Shown here one piece after another: positions 8,820-18,800 of a stretch of DNA of 64,000 nucleotides. The notes below the pieces were generated by a model, which did no database searches, had not been told where the DNA came from, and saw only the letters and a list, made by a program, of their open reading frames with translations. Every line of letters starts with the position of its first letter. Position 1 is the first letter of the stretch. Position numbers and translations under genes: made by a program. Source of the DNA: Candidatus Parcubacteria bacterium (lineage in GTDB: Bacteria > Patescibacteriota > Patescibacteriia > UBA1558 > GWA2-36-10); assembly GCA_018669975.1 (NCBI GenBank), contig JABHSK010000002.1:5535-69534 (forward strand), written 5' to 3'.

Positions 8820-11800
8820 TTAATCTTTATGTACTTGTATCCAACCCTCATACTCTTTAATAGTAGAAGTAGTCCAATTGTCAAAAATTTCTATAATAGG
8901 TTTAAAACAAGAGGCATCTGCTACGCTAGGAACAGTGTAGACATTACCGTTTATAGTAGTAGTCGCACCGTCACATGGGAATAATGGATTGTATAAATAT
9001 TGGTTATACAAAACCTTATAACCTTCATGGCAAGCACCTTCAGTACCACCAAAACCTTGCCAGCTTCCCAATATACCTGGCATGTCTGATTCTGGATTAC
9101 AGAGTGGCAAATTATTTTTGTATTTACCATAATAACTACTTGGCACACCGCCATCACCCCAATCCATAACAATATCTCTAACCGGCATATGATCAGGATG
9201 AGCATGATAATAAAATTTAGCGGCTGCAAACAATGAGCTCTCCTGACTAACTATACTACCGCCATTGGAATTATTTATGGTAAAGCCCTCTTCGGGTATT
9301 CCATTTGAATCAATACAAAGTCCATTTCCACAAACTCTAAGAATACGCGGTTTAGAATAGGTATTACCAACCTGTGGTCTAGCAGAGGTGGACATATTAT
9401 GAGTGTCTATATAACTAGCCTGGTTATACAAACCAAGTGAATTAGACGGCATTCTCAATGAGTACATTTGTCTAAATAAGTAAGCAAAACTGTCCATAGT
9501 GTCCCACCAGCGATAAAAAGCACAGCTAGCATTTACACATCTAGCACTTGATTCATTCGTCCAATTACCAATGGGTCCCGGACTCATAAAAATAGCTGTT
9601 CTATCATAGAAATTATTAGTAAAAGGCTCCAATGGTAACATCACTTGAACTTGAAGATCTGTGCCAAATCTTGAAATAGGACTAACCGATGCACCAAAAG
9701 CATAACCTATAGACGTGGTAGCTCTTTCTATGTCTGAATTAGGAATAAACGGTGGAGTAACCGTAGGAGTCAAAATATAGTCATAATGTAATTCTGACCA
9801 CCATGAGTTGACAGTCACTCCTGGCGCATAAATATCATCAGAACTAGCTAAATAAGCTGAACGATCTTGCAAGTACGCCGGTGAAGTACTAGGGCTACCA
9901 TGCCAGAATGTAAACTCTGTATGAGGTAAAGTGTAGTTATAATTTTCTGGCTTTGATGCCCACCAAACATCAGTATTGACTATAGCATTGTCACCCAGAG
10001 GATCTACCTCCATCAATCTATTACAACGTTGGTAACAACCCTTGCCGTTTATATTTGCATTACAATCATCACCAGCTCTAGTTGAACCATACCCAGGAGG
10101 AGTTAATACACCGCCAAAGACATACATATTAAAATCTAGCGGATTACAAACATTGTACGGGAAAGCACCACCAGTGATATGAGCATAGTGATAATTTGGC
10201 ACACAAGCCACTGTAGTAGTAACAGAAGATGGTAATGATAAAAATTGATTCACATTAGTTGAACTATAAGCGCCTGTTCCAGATACACCCTCATCTAAAT
10301 AGTAGTACTCAATAGTAGCATCATACAATCTCTGTAATCGAGCCATAGTAACTCCATAGCTAGCGGCTGGCGCGTTTACAAAATCTTCGGGCTCAAATAA
10401 AGCGCGACTATCAACTCTAGGTCCAGGAGCACTACTATCATTTATATGGTTAACACCATTATTTTTTACAATCACATCCATACCTATTGGCCCAGGCAAT
10501 CCACCTGGCACATCAGTAGCTTCATACCTGGTAAATACATCTTTAAGATAATAATTTGTCAACAAATCCCTCAAAGTAATATCACCCGGGTCATCTAGTG
10601 CATCAGCATTAATCAGAGATCCAGTTGGAATCCTTAATAATAACGTACAATTACCACCCGGGCCACTATCACCACTAGCAGCACAATAATATCTATCTCT
10701 AGGAATTATATAAGGATTAGTAAAAGCACACATTTGTATATAATTTCCATAGGGGTCAGTATAACCAGCAGAATCATAATTATTATATAGACCCTGTGTA
10801 GAATTAATCTTGGTAATTGGATACCACAGATTACAATAGTTTGCTCTAGAATCTATATCTGAAACAATGCCAGAATATTTATCTTGTTCATAACAAATAC
10901 CTGGTAAATTAAGATTAGTCTCAATCTTTGTCATTGGCTCACATCTACCGCCAAGATACAAAAGACGCGAAGCATCTCCATCACAATTCATATGAGCATT
11001 ACATGGTGAGCCAATATAAGGACTAGTCACAAACTCTGAAGAACCATCCTCATGTATTATTTCATAGGCTTCGGCAGCATCAATAGCGCTTGTACCACTA
11101 AGTGTCGATACACAAACACCAGTGTAATAATCCTTGTCTGTTGGATAATAAGCAGTGTAAGTACCGTTTCCATAGGTAATCTTATTGTAAGAATCCTCAC
11201 AACCATCCTCCCAAGCATCACACAAACCATCTGCGTCAATGTCTAAGCAGGTACCGTCAGCTATAACACTCTCACAAATACTAGCATTACCGTAGCCAGG
11301 CCTTCTCTCTCTAATTTCCCTACCTGCAATACTAGTACCTGTATCCTGCGATATGCTCTGCGGAAAAGGAGAATCTGGTACTGCATAGCCCTTGGTAGTT
11401 AACCCTATATAATATGATTGGTTAGTATAATCTGGACTCAACCAACAAATCTCATCTTTACAAATACCAGTATTAATCCACTGGTAATAACCCATATGAC
11501 TAATACCATCTTCTGGGAAAGCCATACAGAATTGTCCGTTAGTAAGAGGTATACCATCAGCAGTATAGTTACTAGTTTCACAACTAGTTGTCGTACTGTG
11601 CACTCTATACATCAATCTTAGATCGATGTCTTCATTATCACCAAAATTATAAACTTCTAAATCTTTGGCTGGCAATAGGTTTGGAGCTGCATAACCAACA
11701 TAGTCTTTATCTGCCCACTGCAAGTGACTATTGTTTCCTGATACTCTATATTGGTAAACGGAAGTTGTCAGTGGGGTACTAGAAGTATAAGTATCCCAAT

Positions 11801-14800
11801 TGCCACACTTGGTGACACTACCTCGTTTATCATATTCAGTACAACTAGAAATATCATCACAGAGCACATCATATTGTTGTGTATCTGGATTAAATTCACT
11901 AGAGGATGACTTACATGCCAACCATTCAGCACATTGCCTACTCTTGTTTACCTTGATAATTGTATTAGCATTACAACCCACGTCACCATTAGCACAAATA
12001 TCTGGGTTAACTGGTTTATCAAAATATACATTCTTATTATAAGTAGTAGAAGCATTGTACAAAGAATCTACGCCTGCGTGTCCTGAACCCCAATTATTAG
12101 TGTCATAGAAAAGCATACAACCACTATTTCTATCCACATCAACACAACTCTTATAATCTATATTATTATTATCAAAATAATGATAATTCTTACATGACAC
12201 ACCGTTTATCCATTCTCCACCGCCAGTCGCATTCATTATTAAAACACACGTCATACCACCCACACCAGCATAGACAGCACCAGTACCGTCAACACAAGCG
12301 ACAGTATCTCCATCTTTAAGTCTTGGATCACAGCCAGGCGGGTCAAAAGGATCTTTAAATGTAGTACATAGGTTAGCTGTCTCTGGACACTCCGCTGCCC
12401 AACGATCTGGCTGGAAATCAACTATGTAATCTAAATACTCAAAATCAGATTGATCAAAATTAAAGTCCCCGTTATCACTACAACCTATCGGATCTATACC
12501 ATCTCCCAATGTATGAGTTTGGAACCAACCAGTAAATGGCACATACTGACCAGAAAGCATCCTAACATGATTATTTTCACGAAAGGAACAAGTCTTATTA
12601 CCTGGATCCTTAAAGTAATAAGTACCTTTAGACGAACCATAGGTTTCACAATCTAATGCTTCAGATACACATAGAGTATTCTCATATTGATCTGGATCAT
12701 TAAATTTATAAACCGTACTAAAGCCAGTAATCGCGTTGGCATTAGCCTTGTCTACTTTTGGTAGCCCAAGCTCCGAACAACCCTTAAACTGTTGCGGACA
12801 ATATTTGGATCTATCTGGTACCAAATAATCTAAACTATCTCTTGACACAGTAATCTCTGCTGGTTCTGGAGGCACTTCTAGATTAAAGGTTTCTTCAAAA
12901 GGATTGGTAGAATTATGTGTATCAATCACCGCCATACAACCTATCTTGTCTTCTCCACAAAGTTTTTCAAATGATTTTAAGTTATATAATGAGCCGTTCC
13001 TATCCCGATAAGCTTGGCAACCTAAATGAAAGGCAGAATAAGGACTATCGCAGGAAGCCGGCGTGCTCCAGGTATCTTTCCTTACATAAATATGATCTGT
13101 CACTTCACGCAAGGTGACGTTGTCAAAATAGACACTATCAACTCCATTGAATGTAAATGTTAATCCAGTCGTGGTGAAATCAAAATTTAAAATATCCTCT
13201 TCTGTAATAGCCACTGTATAAGGATGCCAATCACCACCTTGTATATTATTAAAGCTAGCAATCAGCGTGCTCGTGGCCATACTACCAATAGTAACGTCTA
13301 GTGTTGTTAAATTACTATTATTTCGCAGCCACCATGACAACTCATATTCTCTATTTCCTTGTAGCTGATTGGATAAATCACGATCAACACTTGTGTTTAC
13401 AGCATTGAGTTGCAACTTCATTGAATGTCCTTCATTCATAACAGATTCATTGGACATATCCAACGATCCCCAAAATGTTACCCAAGGATCATAGGTGCCT
13501 TCTTCAAAAGTGTCAGAAAGTATAGTTCTTAGATTATTTCCAGTATTACCCTTGTAGGCACGACAACCACCACTTTGTTCTCCACACTCTTCACTTAAAC
13601 TAGGAATAGCACTATACAATGCACCAGTTAAAGTACGGCGATAAGTATGACAATCATCACTAGCAAATATAACTCTGTCCTGCAGGCGCCAATAAGAATC
13701 TCCGTTGGTGTCAAAAAACTCTCTACAATTCGGATTATTTTCTGGATCATCTAATATAGTAGCTGTTTCTGGACCACAAGCAGCCATAGGGAAATTTCCA
13801 TTTGTAGCAGGTGCATCATCAATACATAAAATTCCGCCCCGTTGTACATTAGTACAAGGTGGTTGACCTTTACCAGCTATTGTCCGATTACTCTCTAAAG
13901 TATGCCAAGTTTTAATCTGATAACCAGATACGTCTTGACCTTCCCAAGTATAATAAGTGATTCCTAAATCATCAGCCACACATTGACGCAAATATGAAAA
14001 ATATTCTTTACCTTCACCGCCATCAGCCACCTCATCTAGGTTAGTGAACTCTTCGCAGCCAGCTTCTGAAGCTGGGCAAGTCTCGGCTGTATCAGGTATA
14101 AAATTATAATAATTAACTGCGTAATCTCCCTCGATATTATCAAAAATTGTGGTTTGTTCCGCAAAAGAAGCATAACCAACACACTCCTGAGGGCATAGAT
14201 CATCCTGTGAAATCACTGCTGGCACCATTGGTCCACCAGCTACTGGTCTATATGCCTGGCAACCAACCTCATCTTCACTACACATGATTCTCTCGCCACC
14301 CATATAGATAGTACTACCAACTCCATACTCGGAGTATGGCGTAGCACTCATACCTTCTTGGCTAACTATTTCTAATTTAATATTATCAAACCACATAGCT
14401 GAAGGAGCAGCACCATTTGGATTAACACCACCATAAGACATTACATCTATTCGCCCTCCACTAGTATTTTCATCTGTCATAAACAGACAACCAGCCCTTA
14501 ACCAACTAAAATCACTCGGTGGCACAAATCTCAAATCCGCATTATTTGGATGACCACTACCACCAAGTAAACAAGTACCAGTGCTTGTTGCTGGTCTTGC
14601 ATTATTTGTCGCACCGTTACAGTCGCCAGTCATATCACATAATTGTACAGCTACACGTGCTCCATAATCAGCTGGCGCCACATATTGAGCAGCATCAGCT
14701 GATATAATATAATATGTATTTGGCAGTAACTCCACATTCATCTGCAATACTTCTTCTGCATAAGGCTCTGTATTCCAATTACTTGCTCCCCAAGTATAAC

Positions 14801-16973
14801 CATTTGCTACTTTATTATTGTCATAATCAGCAGTAAAACCATTGCTTGGAGTCCCATTACTTGTTCTTGTCCAACCGTCTGGAGTATTAGTAGCAGTACC
14901 ATCATCATGAAAATTATTAAAACTACCATTTGGTACCAAGTTTACTCCTAGGTCAGGAACCATAACTATATACTCTGAACAATCAGCATAAGTTGAATCA
15001 CACTCAGAAGTATTTAAAAATAAATCATCTTCATTTAAAGTGAATAGGGTTGGATCCAGTGTCATATCCTCTTCCATAAACCAATCACCAGCTGCATCTC
15101 TAGTCTGTGAATACCGCTTACAGCCAGACTCCTCAGCTGTACAATATTCCAAAGTGCCCTCTATATAGCCCTTTGTACCTAAATCAGCGTTGTCAAAAAC
15201 TAAACAACCTGAATAAATGTCCCCATCGTCACACATGTCACCGTTGAAGCGCCAAATATTTTCACTTCTGGTGCAGTATCCATATTGTCCTTCTAGACAA
15301 TTACCACTTTCATCTTCTCGTAGACATGTCTGTGGATCAGCACAATATTCTTGACGACTGCTTCCATCTGAAGATTCTAAAGCTGGTCCATAAACCATAG
15401 CATTACATCTAGTTGGTGGTGCTCTTAGCACCCAATCTGGATCAACTAAATGATAAAATGGATTGTGATGATTATCATAAGTTGGATCAATTCCATATTC
15501 ACAAGATCCACCATCTTCAAAACAATTAATAACCTCTTCTACAGTCACCGCCTTATCAGCTACACGCTGAGCAGCTAACTCCATACCAACTGGAAAAATA
15601 TTAGCTTTCCTTAATTTAACTAAATCTCTATAACACAGGCCTGATTTGAAACAATCTTTATTTTCATTATCTGGATTATTCGGTCCTATGATTGGTAAAT
15701 CACCATCCAAGAGTCCATCATCAATGGCACTCCTAAGAGTTTCTTGATTAGAAACGGCCAACATTAAATTGGTGTCGATGACACAATTATCTAATGCCCG
15801 ATAATCTTTTTGTGCTGGACAAATAGCAAAATCTTGCAAAAACGTCCAATCCTCTACTGGTGTTAACTCTGTCGCTTTTAAATCTGAAAATACATTACCT
15901 ACACTCCATAATTCGTCTATATCTACACAACCACCCAAAGCACATGCTACCGTTGGTTTGATACCTGGATTTTTCTCTAGTTCACTTGCTGGAGGATTGA
16001 TAATATTCATACCCTCTTCAAACGCCCGCTTCATCAACTTTGAAGACAAAGTAGATACAAACATATTACCAGCTTCAGCTAAAATAGCTGACAAAGTACC
16101 TCCTTCGGCATTTTCAAAAAAAGCGAACTGATCCCCAGCAATAGCCGCATCCCATTGAGCCTCGTTCATGTTCATAATATCTGTACAGCCAGTCTTTACG
16201 TCTCCTGAGATAGTTGTCTTTGAGTCCAAATAACCCTTACACATCTCAAGAAACATTGCTTTATGTGCTGCAGCCATAGCACCAGTTTTACTCACCTCTT
16301 CCCTTATTCTATCTCTTTGACCTAAATAGGTTTGTTCATATCCAAATAAAGCTATAAAAGCGTCATCAAAATCAGCTCTTTTGTAGTTTGGTGTAATAGT
16401 CAGACTATCTTTAACATAGTTAGCCCAGTTTCTACCATACAATGAATCACTAAAATTACTCCAATTCTCTTTAATTGCTGAAAAGTCACACTTCGGTGCT
16501 GGCGGCTCTTCAGAATCTAAAATATCTAGAGTTAGGCTAAGTTGCAAATCTAAACTTGGGTTACATAAATCTATGCCTAAGCTAGCCAAGGTCTCTCCAT
16601 TTGACCCCGCAGACTGCATTAGGCCACCTATAAACTCACCCTTTGCTGCATCTGCTGCTCTATGTGTAGCACTTTCTCTTGGTTTAGTATCATAGAGTGA
16701 TTTTTTACCAGAGCCTGACTCTGATATACTAGTAGCTAAATCATAGGCCAGATTATTCATAAACATTCTAGCCGTATCAACTGCCACCTTATGAATCATA
16801 CCCTCCCAAACACCTGCTAATATACCCTGAAGTCTTTCCCAGCCCCATTTTGCTCCATTAACAGTAACTACGCCAGGGGAAAAAGCCTGGACAGGTTTTG
16901 GTTTTGCCAACAAGGGTCCGACAACCATCAATGACAGTACAATCACGATTATCGCTCTTTTGTAATTGTTCAT
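8820..16973 (-). CDS. giant secreted Cys-rich protein (2717 aa) with CBM4/9-like and PKD-like segments
   Basis: N-terminal signal peptide (IIVIVLSLMVVGPLLAKPKPVQAFS); about 100 Cys; Asn/Gly/Thr/Tyr/Asp-rich; NGSFNNFHDDG...PDGWT and FEEGTYDPW segments resemble CBM_4_9 beta-sandwich starts; MDWGDGGV resembles the PKD WDFGDG motif; uninterrupted 8.15-kb ORF. Confidence 0.8.
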   Translation of the reverse strand: MNNYKRAIIVIVLSLMVVGPLLAKPKPVQAFSPGVVTVNGAKWGWERLQGILAGVWEGMIHKVAVDTARMFMNNLAYDLATSISESGSGKKSLYDTKPRESATHRAADAAKGEFIGGLMQSAGSNGETLASLGIDLCNPSLDLQLSLTLDILDSEEPPAPKCDFSAIKENWSNFSDSLYGRNWANYVKDSLTITPNYKRADFDDAFIALFGYEQTYLGQRDRIREEVSKTGAMAAAHKAMFLEMCKGYLDSKTTISGDVKTGCTDIMNMNEAQWDAAIAGDQFAFFENAEGGTLSAILAEAGNMFVSTLSSKLMKRAFEEGMNIINPPASELEKNPGIKPTVACALGGCVDIDELWSVGNVFSDLKATELTPVEDWTFLQDFAICPAQKDYRALDNCVIDTNLMLAVSNQETLRSAIDDGLLDGDLPIIGPNNPDNENKDCFKSGLCYRDLVKLRKANIFPVGMELAAQRVADKAVTVEEVINCFEDGGSCEYGIDPTYDNHHNPFYHLVDPDWVLRAPPTRCNAMVYGPALESSDGSSRQEYCADPQTCLREDESGNCLEGQYGYCTRSENIWRFNGDMCDDGDIYSGCLVFDNADLGTKGYIEGTLEYCTAEESGCKRYSQTRDAAGDWFMEEDMTLDPTLFTLNEDDLFLNTSECDSTYADCSEYIVMVPDLGVNLVPNGSFNNFHDDGTATNTPDGWTRTSNGTPSNGFTADYDNNKVANGYTWGASNWNTEPYAEEVLQMNVELLPNTYYIISADAAQYVAPADYGARVAVQLCDMTGDCNGATNNARPATSTGTCLLGGSGHPNNADLRFVPPSDFSWLRAGCLFMTDENTSGGRIDVMSYGGVNPNGAAPSAMWFDNIKLEIVSQEGMSATPYSEYGVGSTIYMGGERIMCSEDEVGCQAYRPVAGGPMVPAVISQDDLCPQECVGYASFAEQTTIFDNIEGDYAVNYYNFIPDTAETCPASEAGCEEFTNLDEVADGGEGKEYFSYLRQCVADDLGITYYTWEGQDVSGYQIKTWHTLESNRTIAGKGQPPCTNVQRGGILCIDDAPATNGNFPMAACGPETATILDDPENNPNCREFFDTNGDSYWRLQDRVIFASDDCHTYRRTLTGALYSAIPSLSEECGEQSGGCRAYKGNTGNNLRTILSDTFEEGTYDPWVTFWGSLDMSNESVMNEGHSMKLQLNAVNTSVDRDLSNQLQGNREYELSWWLRNNSNLTTLDVTIGSMATSTLIASFNNIQGGDWHPYTVAITEEDILNFDFTTTGLTFTFNGVDSVYFDNVTLREVTDHIYVRKDTWSTPASCDSPYSAFHLGCQAYRDRNGSLYNLKSFEKLCGEDKIGCMAVIDTHNSTNPFEETFNLEVPPEPAEITVSRDSLDYLVPDRSKYCPQQFKGCSELGLPKVDKANANAITGFSTVYKFNDPDQYENTLCVSEALDCETYGSSKGTYYFKDPGNKTCSFRENNHVRMLSGQYVPFTGWFQTHTLGDGIDPIGCSDNGDFNFDQSDFEYLDYIVDFQPDRWAAECPETANLCTTFKDPFDPPGCDPRLKDGDTVACVDGTGAVYAGVGGMTCVLIMNATGGGEWINGVSCKNYHYFDNNNIDYKSCVDVDRNSGCMLFYDTNNWGSGHAGVDSLYNASTTYNKNVYFDKPVNPDICANGDVGCNANTIIKVNKSRQCAEWLACKSSSSEFNPDTQQYDVLCDDISSCTEYDKRGSVTKCGNWDTYTSSTPLTTSVYQYRVSGNNSHLQWADKDYVGYAAPNLLPAKDLEVYNFGDNEDIDLRLMYRVHSTTTSCETSNYTADGIPLTNGQFCMAFPEDGISHMGYYQWINTGICKDEICWLSPDYTNQSYYIGLTTKGYAVPDSPFPQSISQDTGTSIAGREIRERRPGYGNASICESVIADGTCLDIDADGLCDAWEDGCEDSYNKITYGNGTYTAYYPTDKDYYTGVCVSTLSGTSAIDAAEAYEIIHEDGSSEFVTSPYIGSPCNAHMNCDGDASRLLYLGGRCEPMTKIETNLNLPGICYEQDKYSGIVSDIDSRANYCNLWYPITKINSTQGLYNNYDSAGYTDPYGNYIQMCAFTNPYIIPRDRYYCAASGDSGPGGNCTLLLRIPTGSLINADALDDPGDITLRDLLTNYYLKDVFTRYEATDVPGGLPGPIGMDVIVKNNGVNHINDSSAPGPRVDSRALFEPEDFVNAPAASYGVTMARLQRLYDATIEYYYLDEGVSGTGAYSSTNVNQFLSLPSSVTTTVACVPNYHYAHITGGAFPYNVCNPLDFNMYVFGGVLTPPGYGSTRAGDDCNANINGKGCYQRCNRLMEVDPLGDNAIVNTDVWWASKPENYNYTLPHTEFTFWHGSPSTSPAYLQDRSAYLASSDDIYAPGVTVNSWWSELHYDYILTPTVTPPFIPNSDIERATTSIGYAFGASVSPISRFGTDLQVQVMLPLEPFTNNFYDRTAIFMSPGPIGNWTNESSARCVNASCAFYRWWDTMDSFAYLFRQMYSLRMPSNSLGLYNQASYIDTHNMSTSARPQVGNTYSKPRILRVCGNGLCIDSNGIPEEGFTINNSNGGSIVSQESSLFAAAKFYYHAHPDHMPVRDIVMDWGDGGVPSSYYGKYKNNLPLCNPESDMPGILGSWQGFGGTEGACHEGYKVLYNQYLYNPLFPCDGATTTINGNVYTVPSVADASCFKPIIEIFDNWTTSTIKEYEGWIQVHKD

Positions 16974-17013
16974 ATTTTTATTTTCAATAATTTATTATGA
17001 TTATTTTATATAA

Positions 17014-17829
17014 TTACTCCTCTGTACTCTGATTATCTTCTTCGCTGATACCCAATAATTGAAAGCCTATTGATATCAACTCCTGATCCGTCATTTGATT
17101 AATTCTCTCTTTGTCAGCACCAGGCTGTGCCAATAAAAAATTTCTGACTTCTTCTGAGCTGACTTCTTCTGATTGCTCTGAAGCAGCCATGTTTTCAGAA
17201 ACAATTTTAAAAAGCATCAACAAATCTTCGTCTGACAGTTTATTTACTTCCTCTTGAGGCATGCCACTCTCTATCAAAATCCTTCTAAAATCTGTGGCGA
17301 TGGCACCTTGCAAGGTCAAATCCTCATCCAATTTAACATCTTCTATAACTTCTACAAGTCTAGTTTTTGGAGTAATTAAAGCCAATAAACTACAATCCTC
17401 TCCTTCTGGACATAGTGGATCAGCGCCAGAACTAACTTCATCAAAATCTGATACGCCATCGCTATCTGTATCATCTATAAAGATACTAGTGTAATACTGG
17501 TACATCTCCTGATAATCAGTCAGACCATCTTGATCTGTATCTCTTTCTTGTAATTCAGCAATAGTCACTTGAGCATCCCCCTGTTCTTGTAATTGCTCCT
17601 CCAGCCAATCGGGCCTCTCATAGGCTACTGGACCAGCTATATTTCCATACAAATACCAAAAAGAAAAAGCGACAATTGCCAATCCTAATATAATAAATAA
17701 TAAAACATGCTTCTTGTCACTTTGATTTTCTTGTAGAGATCTATTGATATCCTCTGCTGAGTATCCTTCTAGCTCGTCGGACAATCCATCCTCTGTGAAC
17801 TCATCTAGTTTGTGTAACTTTTTTTTCAT
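17014..17829 (-). CDS. membrane-anchored protein with TSP3-like calcium-binding repeats (first gene of operon)
   Basis: single TM (LLFIILGLAIVAFSFWYLY) after a charged N-terminus; DTDQDGLTDYQE and DTDSDGVSDFDE..GADPLCP match the thrombospondin type 3 DxDxDGxxDxxD(NCP) pattern. Confidence 0.6.
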   Translation of the reverse strand: MKKKLHKLDEFTEDGLSDELEGYSAEDINRSLQENQSDKKHVLLFIILGLAIVAFSFWYLYGNIAGPVAYERPDWLEEQLQEQGDAQVTIAELQERDTDQDGLTDYQEMYQYYTSIFIDDTDSDGVSDFDEVSSGADPLCPEGEDCSLLALITPKTRLVEVIEDVKLDEDLTLQGAIATDFRRILIESGMPQEEVNKLSDEDLLMLFKIVSENMAASEQSEEVSSEEVRNFLLAQPGADKERINQMTDQELISIGFQLLGISEEDNQSTEE

Positions 17830-17854
17830 TAATAGAGTCGATTAAATTATGTTT

Positions 17855-17863
17855 ATTATAACA
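17855..17863 (-). promoter_or_regulatory. extended -10 element (TGTTATAAT) for the 17829->4842 operon
   Basis: minus-strand TGnTATAAT about 30 nt upstream of the start codon at 17829; no good -35. Confidence 0.3.
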
Positions 17864-17960
17864 TATTTTTATGAAAAAACCAAAACATAAAAACAAAATA
17901 ATCTACATATTTTGTTTAACTGTTTAAAAGATAGGTCTTTATAAAAAACTTATATAAATT

Positions 17961-18794
17961 TTATAAATTGCGAGCTAGTTCTAACCAATTTATAGGTGAT
18001 AAATTCTCAGCCCTAACATTGGCGTCTAACCTTACTTTATCAAAAGCGAATAATAATTTTTCTTTATCCAGATTCTGATCCGTCAACAAATTATTAAACA
18101 ATTTCTTCCTCTTACTAGCAAATCCACGACGTATTAATTGCCAAACAAACTTTTCATCCACATCATAATCCCAAGTATGAATGTTAAAAATATGTATAAC
18201 AGCTGAATCTACTTTTGGTTGCGGATAAAAATTATCTTTTCTAACTATCCGGGCCAATTTACTATCTGCATAGAGAGCCACTGACAAGGACAAACGACTG
18301 TGCTTACCTTTTTCAGCAGCAATGCGCTCAGCCACCTCTTTTTGTACCATCAAAGTCATGCTCAACGGTTTTTTATCAGCTAAAATAAATTTTTGAATAA
18401 ACTTGGCTGTCAAATAATAAGGAATATTAGCCACTATTTTATAATCTTTGGCTTTATATTTTGTCAAAATTTCTAACCACTGCTGATCTGACAATGAGAG
18501 AATATTTTGCCAAATTAATTCTACGTTATTAAATGTGTTAATTAATTTATTCAAAGGTTTTTGAAAATTTTTATCTATCTCAAAAGCAACTACTTGTTTT
18601 GCCTTTTCTAACAAACTTTGAGTAAGTGCTCCCAGGCCAGGACCCACTTCTAGAATCAGGTCTTCTGAAATAATTTCAGACGCTTTGATAATATCACCCA
18701 AAACTTCATCTGAAACCAAAAAATTTTGCCCTCGCACTTTATTTGGTGTCAGGTGGTGTTTTTTTAAAATAAATTGTAACTCTTCTAAGGTCAT
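17961..18794 (-). CDS. rsmA: 16S rRNA (adenine1518/1519-N6)-dimethyltransferase
   Basis: GQNFLVSDEV...LEVGPGLGALTQSLL SAM-binding motif and KsgA-length protein. Confidence 0.85.
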   Translation of the reverse strand: MTLEELQFILKKHHLTPNKVRGQNFLVSDEVLGDIIKASEIISEDLILEVGPGLGALTQSLLEKAKQVVAFEIDKNFQKPLNKLINTFNNVELIWQNILSLSDQQWLEILTKYKAKDYKIVANIPYYLTAKFIQKFILADKKPLSMTLMVQKEVAERIAAEKGKHSRLSLSVALYADSKLARIVRKDNFYPQPKVDSAVIHIFNIHTWDYDVDEKFVWQLIRRGFASKRKKLFNNLLTDQNLDKEKLLFAFDKVRLDANVRAENLSPINWLELARNL

Positions 18795-18800
18795 TTTGAT

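Noticed and set aside
8951-14707. Many 60-120-aa ORFs on both strands inside the giant gene (8951.., 8975.., 11052.., 11418.., 12450.., 12917.., 14519..), and similar ones inside leuS, infB, pnp, rny and the antiporters
   Set aside because: They are fully embedded in long, well-supported CDSs and have skewed low-complexity composition without SD/promoter context. Shadow ORFs.
6123-16973. Calling the giant protein plus the membrane protein a type IV secretion system
   Set aside because: Only a VirB6/TrbL-like topology is seen. No VirB4/VirD4/VirB11 ATPase motifs (Walker A/B in large ORFs) exist anywhere in the window, so the T4SS label is not supported beyond a tentative resemblance.
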